DNA from: an uncultured Candidatus Saccharibacteria bacterium
GTDB lineage: Bacteria; Patescibacteriota; Minisyncoccia; Phycocordibacterales; GWA1-40-21
DNA: 64,000 bases
Assembly: GCA_964613715.1 (NCBI GenBank)
Contig: CAZTJK010000003.1
Coordinates: forward strand, 7,322-71,321
Direction: 5' to 3'
This document shows positions 57,875 through 64,000 of the stretch, in pieces. The position numbers and the translations under genes are program-made. The notes beneath the pieces were generated by a model. That model made no database searches and was not told the DNA's origin. It saw nothing but the letters and a program-made list of their open reading frames with translations. Positions within the stretch are counted from its first letter, which is position 1. Each line of letters begins with the position of its first letter.

Positions 57875-57880
57875 GGTATA
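57875..57880 (+). promoter_or_regulatory. -10 TATAAT 9 nt upstream of the ATG at 57890
   Basis: ctcggTATAATcatcaacATG. Confidence 0.3.
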
Positions 57881-57889
57881 ATCATCAAC

Positions 57890-58147
57890 ATGCTTGTTGT
57901 ATCGAAAAAAATTTCATTGCTTCTTCTCGGCATTACGGCTATCACCTGCTCCAGGATCTTGTTTCTTTGTATTAACGATCCTGAAGGCCCAAATCTGCTC
58001 GTCGTTCTAGGTATGGCAGCGATTCTCTACTTTTTGTCTTTGGCAGTATATGTATTCCTTCCCGCAACCGTCAGTCTCAAGAAGCTCCCATTGGCTATTT
58101 TGACACAGCTGCTCATAGCCGCCGGATTATATTTTTGTTTGCGCTGA
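57890..58147 (+). CDS. hypothetical small membrane protein
   Basis: 85 aa, 3 TM. AT-rich. Confidence 0.35.
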   Translation: MLVVSKKISLLLLGITAITCSRILFLCINDPEGPNLLVVLGMAAILYFLSLAVYVFLPATVSLKKLPLAILTQLLIAAGLYFCLR

Positions 58148-58268
58148 GAGTTCCAGCCTCGCACGAGCCGGAGTATTTTCTCATTTCTCATTCATGCATG
58201 CTATACTTGCATCCAGTTATAAGCTAAACATATTCATATGAATCCAGTCCTGCATTTCGAAAAAAGAT

Positions 58269-59111
58269 TTATCGCCATATTTTTCCGAATATCCTTTCAG
58301 ACAATGCTATAAGCTCAGAATCGTTTTTAATTGTTTCAAAAATAGGATCTTGATCATATTCTTTCCATCTTTCAAGGACTGACATTTTTAAGGCATCTTC
58401 TTTGAATTTCATCCCATCGAAAGAGCTGCCGCCTCCATAAGTCGAAACTTTTGGCCATTGAGCTACTTCTAGCTCGCAACCCAGCTTTTTTGAAAGCTCG
58501 AGCCTGTAATCCTCATCCAGGAACCATGTATTGAAGTTTATGGTAATTTTGTCAGGTAGATGATTTGTCATTCCCAAAAATTCTCGAGCGTGCGATTTCC
58601 AGACAGTTATCGTATGTGCATAAGCTGCGCTTTTTAGTTTGATATCCTGAAGCGTCAATTCTCGGCCGCTTTTTATCCTGCTTGCGATGAAATTATAAAT
58701 ATCTCGCAGAATGAGTATACATTTCCTATTTTTGTACGGAGCGAAGTGATTGGCAAAATCATCTACTGACATGGGTAAATGGGCAGGATCGAGATTCTCG
58801 AAATTCATCATTAATAGATTTTTTTCAGAATTGAAAATCCTTGTTTTTATATCCCTTGTTTCTGGAAGGAATTCCTTAAGCTTTTCCTTTACTAATCCAT
58901 GCTTGACCCAGCTATCGCTTATCTTAGAATAGTATTTTCTGTTATTATAGTGATATTGGACTCGGTTTTCGAATAGAGAGTCAGGCGATGAGAAATCGCA
59001 ATAATTGAAGAAGAATTTTTCCGGCCCAAATTGCTCGTAGATCCATTCCATGACCCCATGGTGGCCGCTACGGGACATCGCTATCACGAGGAATAAGTTT
59101 TTATTAGGCAT
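58269..59111 (-). CDS. sulfotransferase-like P-loop protein (tentative)
   Basis: 280 aa. The N-terminal LFLVIAMSRSGHHGVMEWI resembles a PAPS-binding 5'-PSB loop. AT-rich island gene. Confidence 0.35.
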   Translation of the reverse strand: MPNKNLFLVIAMSRSGHHGVMEWIYEQFGPEKFFFNYCDFSSPDSLFENRVQYHYNNRKYYSKISDSWVKHGLVKEKLKEFLPETRDIKTRIFNSEKNLLMMNFENLDPAHLPMSVDDFANHFAPYKNRKCILILRDIYNFIASRIKSGRELTLQDIKLKSAAYAHTITVWKSHAREFLGMTNHLPDKITINFNTWFLDEDYRLELSKKLGCELEVAQWPKVSTYGGGSSFDGMKFKEDALKMSVLERWKEYDQDPIFETIKNDSELIALSERIFGKIWR

Positions 59112-59126
59112 AGATTACTTATCAGT

Positions 59127-59618
59127 ATGGAAATAAAATCAAAAATTAGCAATACTGACGGAAGCGAGACAGAAATTACTTACATCGATACTCAATCGTT
59201 TGATAGTTTAGAGTGCGATAAAGTACGGCAAGCATACGGAGTATGTTTCCTCAACGGACAGATGCTCATTGTTTTTAATCGTAAACGCAAAGCCTGGGGA
59301 CTCGTGGGCGGCAGTCTTGAAGTAGGAGAAACCTATGAGGAATGTTTGAAAAGGGAGGTGGAAGAAGAGGCAAATATGCAGGTTCTTAATTTCCAGCCAA
59401 TCGGCTATCAAAAAGTGGATATTCCTGCAAAGGGATTCATATATCAGCTTCGCTATGTCTGTATTATTGAACCACTCGGTCCTTTTGTCGCAGATCCAGA
59501 CGGTTCAATTACTGAGATCAAGCTCATCGACCCTACAACTTACAAAGAGTATTTTGATTGGGGGGATATTGGCCATCATATCATTACCAAAGCAATCGAA
59601 ATCAGTCGGTCGCTTTAA
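59127..59618 (+). CDS. Nudix hydrolase
   Basis: Nudix box GGSLEVGETYEECLKREVEEEANM. 163 aa. Confidence 0.8.
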   Translation: MEIKSKISNTDGSETEITYIDTQSFDSLECDKVRQAYGVCFLNGQMLIVFNRKRKAWGLVGGSLEVGETYEECLKREVEEEANMQVLNFQPIGYQKVDIPAKGFIYQLRYVCIIEPLGPFVADPDGSITEIKLIDPTTYKEYFDWGDIGHHIITKAIEISRSL

Positions 59619-59680
59619 TTGACTAACCTTGACTTTTATAGTACTCTTCTTAGAGAAAACCTTTTTGAAAGGAGGGTGTC

Positions 59681-60214
59681 ATGCTCGATGAAATAGTTCA
59701 CATTATGCTGAAGCCTGACACTCTCGAGTGCGGCATCCGTAATGTAATCCTTGATGAACTGTTGAAGGTTGGCGGAAGCCTGATTTTTTCCAAACGGTTG
59801 GTTCTTACCATGTCGCAGATTTCAGTCATTTATCCTCACTTCGGTAATGAGAGGGCTAAAGGAGCAGTCTTCCATTATTTTACTTCCCGTGAAACCGAAC
59901 ATCTTGCTTTTGGGGGACCAAAAGGAATCCATGCTCGGTATCAAGAAGCGAAAGGAAAAACGGGAACCGGGATTGGTATAAAGGGAAAGTATTATACTCG
60001 ATATACCAAACTGACTGAGGACGAGCTCAGAAAATGGTTCGACGGGACTCTTGAGAACATACAAGATATTGATCTTGAAATGTTCGGAAGAGACATCCTC
60101 CATATTCCGAATTCTCCCGAAGAAAGTATAAATGATATCTTTTCTGTTTTTGAACCTTGTGAAATAGCTGTCATCAGCACGTGGTATCAGTTTCCGAAAA
60201 GAACTTGCGTGTGA
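59681..60214 (+). CDS. nucleoside-diphosphate-kinase-like protein (divergent)
   Basis: N-terminal IVHIMLKPD and RDILHIPNSPEE are reminiscent of the NDK NIIHGSD region. 177 aa. Confidence 0.4.
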   Translation: MLDEIVHIMLKPDTLECGIRNVILDELLKVGGSLIFSKRLVLTMSQISVIYPHFGNERAKGAVFHYFTSRETEHLAFGGPKGIHARYQEAKGKTGTGIGIKGKYYTRYTKLTEDELRKWFDGTLENIQDIDLEMFGRDILHIPNSPEESINDIFSVFEPCEIAVISTWYQFPKRTCV

Positions 60215-60238
60215 TACGCAAGTTCTTTTTTAAAAAAG

Positions 60239-60862
60239 ATGCAGGATAAAAAAATTGTCATCTTCGATTTTTGGCAAACTTTGGCTGACGCTCAGCTCAA
60301 GCCTTCTTTCTTGTTGGGATTTTTTCCACTACCCAAGCCAGATTTGCATACTTTTTTAACAAGACTTTCCAGTTCAGATCTTTATTTAAAAGATGTTGAG
60401 ACCATCAAGGGAGTAGCGAATTTCCTTTTGCATTTCGATATTACAGATAAGAAAATCGTCGAAAAGATATCTTCCGCCTGGAAAGATTTAATCAAGACTG
60501 TTTATATTATTCCCGGAGCTTTAAAAATGATATCCGATCTGAAAGCACATGGGCATGCGGTATGTCTCATGAGCAACACTGATAAATTCGGCCATGAGCA
60601 TTTTCCTTTCCCTGAATTTTTTAAAAAATTCGACATGTTTTTCCTTTCATATAAAGAGGGTTTTGCAAAGCCAGATTTAAAATGCTGGCAGATTATTCGA
60701 GACCGTTCGGGGTATACTTATGACGATATGATTATGATAGGGGATAGCATGGAAAATGATATCTTACCCGCTCATGAGCTGGGCATAGATTCTATCCATA
60801 TTCAGAGGCAGGGAGACTTTGGCGTAGTGTATGACCGCCTGATAAACCATTCCGATGTATAA
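60239..60862 (+). CDS. HAD-superfamily hydrolase
   Basis: Motif I VIFDFWQTLAD, motif II CLMSNTD, motif III K (KPD), motif IV GDSMENDI. 207 aa. Confidence 0.75.
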   Translation: MQDKKIVIFDFWQTLADAQLKPSFLLGFFPLPKPDLHTFLTRLSSSDLYLKDVETIKGVANFLLHFDITDKKIVEKISSAWKDLIKTVYIIPGALKMISDLKAHGHAVCLMSNTDKFGHEHFPFPEFFKKFDMFFLSYKEGFAKPDLKCWQIIRDRSGYTYDDMIMIGDSMENDILPAHELGIDSIHIQRQGDFGVVYDRLINHSDV

Positions 60863-61931
60863 ACTGAAAATCGCATTCGTATATCCAAAGCGTTATTCCT
60901 TTTATCCTCCTGATTATGTATCTAGAGGCTTAGGAGGAACCGAAAGCACTCTCGTGCTTCTCGCGAGAGCTATCGCTAGACTCGGGCATGCAGTCGAAGT
61001 GTATAATTGCTGCTTCAAGCCGGGCGTTTATGATGGTGTTGTCTGGAGTTCTCTGTTAGATATCGATTCAAAAAGAGAATATGACGTAGTCATTTCTTTG
61101 CGCCTTCTTGAGACATTCCGAGACTATCATTTCAATGCAAAGCTCCGTGCTTTGTGGATCCATGACGAAGCCCTGAGTGGTGCTGAAGATTTTGATAAGA
61201 ACGGGATTGTAAATACGTGGATTTCAGTTTCGGAAACTCAAAAGAAAAGCCTATGTCGAGATCAATATATCGAAGATACACATTGGTTCGTCACTCGCAA
61301 TGCGTATGATGAGGACATATATACTGACGAGCTGAGAAAGACGAAGAAGATAAAAAACAGAGCCATTTACTGCAGCGCTCCCGATCGAGGGCTTAAATAT
61401 TTGCTTGAAATGTGGCCTGCAATAAAAGCAGAGGTACCTGATGCGAGTCTCGTTGTAACTGGCAGCTATGCTCTTTGGGGTACGTCTGACGAGGAAAATA
61501 AGCGGATCTTCGCCGATATTTATTCAATGGCTGACAAAACCGATGATGTTCAAATTCTCCAGAGGGTTTCCAAGCAAGAACTCTCAAAACTTCAGGTAGA
61601 AAGTGAGGTCATGCTGTATCCTACGGATTTCAACGAGATGTTTTGTATAAGCGCCCTCGAGTGTTTTGCTGCTGGAACGCCGATTATTTCTTCCAAAAGA
61701 GCCGCGATGATTGAACGAGTGGAAGAAGGTAAAACAGGATTTCTTATCGATGGAGATCCGAAAAACCTTGATTGTAAAGAACGATTCATTGCAACCGCGG
61801 TGAGATTTTTGAATGATGAAAAGATGAAACATGAATTCTCAAAAAATACTCTTCGTTCTTCTGCGAAATTAAATTTCGATAATCTTGCTCGGGAATGGGA
61901 AATTGAATTAATGAAGCGCCTTGAAATATGA
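60855..61931 (+). CDS. GT-B glycosyltransferase (family 4-like)
   Basis: C-terminal EALECFAAGTPIISS...GKTGFLI matches the GT4 nucleotide-sugar binding region. 358 aa. Confidence 0.7.
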   Translation: MYKLKIAFVYPKRYSFYPPDYVSRGLGGTESTLVLLARAIARLGHAVEVYNCCFKPGVYDGVVWSSLLDIDSKREYDVVISLRLLETFRDYHFNAKLRALWIHDEALSGAEDFDKNGIVNTWISVSETQKKSLCRDQYIEDTHWFVTRNAYDEDIYTDELRKTKKIKNRAIYCSAPDRGLKYLLEMWPAIKAEVPDASLVVTGSYALWGTSDEENKRIFADIYSMADKTDDVQILQRVSKQELSKLQVESEVMLYPTDFNEMFCISALECFAAGTPIISSKRAAMIERVEEGKTGFLIDGDPKNLDCKERFIATAVRFLNDEKMKHEFSKNTLRSSAKLNFDNLAREWEIELMKRLEI

Positions 61932-63457
61932 AAGTGGCAATCGGAGTATGTGCGAGGAACGAAGAGGCATGCATTATCCAGACATTGGATTCAATCCTTG
62001 TGTCCGCAGCGAGGATTGAGAACCTAGATTGGTCGCTTTTCGTGTGTGCGAACGGATGTACTGACACCACTGTCGATCTCGTGAGAAGCTGGTGGAAGGG
62101 AAATCCCGGCTGTAAAGGCACTCTTGTTGTTTTGGATCAGGCGAATTTAGTCGAAGCTCAGAGGGAAATCGTAAATATTTCAAAAGCCGCAGGATATAGC
62201 TCTATTATATTTTTCGATGCGGATGTAGTAGTCGATCCTCTCTGTATAGGTGCATTATTGAACGCTGCTCAAGCGGATGAAGTTCAGGCTGTTTATGCAG
62301 TTTCAGTACCGATTACGAGAGACAAGCGGACTCTTATCGAGAGGGCTTTGAACCAATACGATCTCTCATCCTCTGTTTTCACTGAAAGGAAACATCTTCA
62401 TGGTCGGGGCTTCCTGATTAAGGACTGGTATATTCCCATGACAAGTCCCAAGCTTGTGGCTGATGATATGTATCTCTCTTTTTCCCTGCTTAAAAAATAT
62501 GGTCCTCAGTCAATAAAAAAAGTCCCTTCAGCAAAAGTTTATTTCAGACAGATAATTTCTTTTACGGACTTTTACAAGGCCTATCGTCGAAGGAGTATAG
62601 AATTAAATAAATGTCTTGCGCTATTCCCTGAATTCAAGCTATTACCGGCAGATCAAATAAATCGCAGGATACTTTGGAAAAAGCTTTTCAGCGAATCGTC
62701 CAGACGGCTACTCTTGTGGTTCGTGCTATTCTTCTTTAAATTAGTCTCCCGCATCCGATATGCATTTGAAAAGAATATTTCTGAAGAATGGATACCAACA
62801 GATACAAGCAAGAGAACAAAGTACAGACCCATACTGGTCCTTGTGGAGGGTCTTGATTGCTCTGGGAAAAAGACCGTCTCCCGGATACTTCAACAGAAAT
62901 TTTTGGACGCAGGCATTTCTTGCAGGGTTAATAAAGGCCCTCTGAATTCAAGGGGGTATAGAGCTCTCTCAAGATTAGTGAGCCTATACCCATTCCCAAA
63001 TGTTATCAGGTCTCTCGTTTACTCGCTGGAGGGTATTGGGGAAAAAGAATGGTTCCGATATTTTTCGACCCAAGTAGTAGTGCAGATTTCTTCACCATAC
63101 CGTAATTGGGCGTATGCACATTGCAATAAAAGCCACTTAAGAATCTTTATTTCCCAAAAAATAAAGAGGTTTATTGCGCACTACGATTTCATCTTTTTTC
63201 TCACGGCCCCTTACGGTATTCGTCTTCAACGTCATGCAGCGCAAGTTTCTTCGGGTGAGAATCCGGACCACATTGAAAAAAGATTTTTTGGAGAACAGAA
63301 GTTTAATGAAATGGAATTTATTCTGAAGAATCTTTTCAAAGTATCTAACCCAATTGATGCTGAATTTGACAGTTCGATCCAATCATCGGTAGCTATCGCT
63401 ACGGATATTTTTTCACGCGTTGTTATAAAAATCCCCAAAACATCAGACATTGTCTAG
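61928..63457 (+). CDS. fusion protein: a family-2 glycosyltransferase domain plus a thymidylate-kinase-like P-loop domain
   Basis: The N-terminus MKVAIGVCARNEEACIIQTLDSIL...DADVV is GT2. After about residue 300, ILVLVEGLDCSGKKTVSRIL is a TMK-like P-loop. 509 aa. Confidence 0.6.
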   Translation: MKVAIGVCARNEEACIIQTLDSILVSAARIENLDWSLFVCANGCTDTTVDLVRSWWKGNPGCKGTLVVLDQANLVEAQREIVNISKAAGYSSIIFFDADVVVDPLCIGALLNAAQADEVQAVYAVSVPITRDKRTLIERALNQYDLSSSVFTERKHLHGRGFLIKDWYIPMTSPKLVADDMYLSFSLLKKYGPQSIKKVPSAKVYFRQIISFTDFYKAYRRRSIELNKCLALFPEFKLLPADQINRRILWKKLFSESSRRLLLWFVLFFFKLVSRIRYAFEKNISEEWIPTDTSKRTKYRPILVLVEGLDCSGKKTVSRILQQKFLDAGISCRVNKGPLNSRGYRALSRLVSLYPFPNVIRSLVYSLEGIGEKEWFRYFSTQVVVQISSPYRNWAYAHCNKSHLRIFISQKIKRFIAHYDFIFFLTAPYGIRLQRHAAQVSSGENPDHIEKRFFGEQKFNEMEFILKNLFKVSNPIDAEFDSSIQSSVAIATDIFSRVVIKIPKTSDIV

Positions 63458-63532
63458 TATGTCCGGTTCGTAGTTTAAGAGGCAAGTATGGCATGGTATA
63501 CTCACTTATGTATGTGTGCAAGAAGAAAAACT

Positions 63533-63967
63533 ATGAATAAATCAAATCCAGTCGTACATTTTGAAATGGGATATTTCGATCGTGAGCGGATGAAGAAATT
63601 TTACGAGTCTGCATTCCAGTGGAAGATGCAGCAGCTCGGGAAAGAGATGGGGAGCTATGTCGTGGCACAAACAGCAGAGACCGATGCCAATGGCATGGTG
63701 AAAACGCCAGGCACGATAAATGGCGGCTTTTATCAGAAAGCAGAGAGCCCGGGTTCTCATGCACCGTCTGTTGTCATTTCCGTTCATGATATTCAGGCGG
63801 CAATCAAGGCAGTGAAAGCAGCAGGCGGTAAAATCCTCGGCGCTATGGATCAGTCCGGCAAGCAAAGCATGGAACCACAAATGATACCCGGCGTCGGCCT
63901 CTGGATTTCTATCGAGGATACTGAAAAGAATCGGGTAAGTATGTTGCAGCCGCTTGCCGGCAAATAA
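63533..63967 (+). CDS. VOC/glyoxalase-family protein
   Basis: MNKSNPVVHFEMGYFDRERMKKFYESAFQW is a VOC N-terminus. 144 aa from the internal ATG. Confidence 0.55.
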   Translation: MNKSNPVVHFEMGYFDRERMKKFYESAFQWKMQQLGKEMGSYVVAQTAETDANGMVKTPGTINGGFYQKAESPGSHAPSVVISVHDIQAAIKAVKAAGGKILGAMDQSGKQSMEPQMIPGVGLWISIEDTEKNRVSMLQPLAGK

Positions 63968-64000
63968 AATTATATGCATTGGAATCACGAGTATCATCCG

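Overview
This 64-kb window looks like a small-genome bacterium of roughly 50-55% GC. Its features fit the Candidate Phyla Radiation / Patescibacteria: many leaderless genes, split or reduced conserved proteins, and a large type IV pilus / DNA-uptake locus.

Core content, in order along the window:
- Competence and small core genes: split comEC, rpmB, an M50 protease.
- A fused ribosomal operon: rpsL-rpsG-fusA-tuf runs directly into a truncated S10 operon (rpsJ-rplC-rplD-rplW-rplB), then rplJ-rplL follow immediately with no S19...L16 block and no rpoBC.
- Small RNA and translation genes: a beta-CASP RNase, infC-rpmI-rplT on the minus strand, PAP2, peroxiredoxin, ssrA (tmRNA) plus smpB, ftsH, recG, mgtC.
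- Pilus / competence locus: comFC, pilM-N-O, pilB, a CheY-like receiver, pilT, pilC, two pilins, pilD and four minor pilins.
- Further core genes: ligA, gatC-gatA, yvcK, prfB (no frameshift site), ftsE-ftsX.
- RNA genes: nine tRNAs, including Ile(UAU), a Thr pair, a cluster of Asp plus two CAU tRNAs, Ser(GCU) and Gln(CUG).

Two AT-rich accessory islands sit next to tRNA genes. The first spans about 30.46-34.21 kb beside tRNA-Ser. It carries a five-gene minus-strand operon with overlapping start and stop codons: an HTH antitoxin, a Doc/Fic toxin, two unknown proteins (273 and 398 aa) and a PIN nuclease. This is the best candidate for an undescribed toxin or defence module. The second starts at about 57.9 kb and runs to the window end beside tRNA-Gln. 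It carries sugar / nucleotide-modification genes, including a GT2 glycosyltransferase fused to a thymidylate-kinase-like domain.

Other points of interest:
- A promoter-to-terminator unit with no ORF at 14.44-14.64 kb.
- A 740-bp non-coding stretch with three terminators upstream of prfB.
- Duplicated 3' ends of tmRNA and tRNA-Gln 160-200 bp downstream of each gene.
- Leaderless promoter architecture throughout the window.
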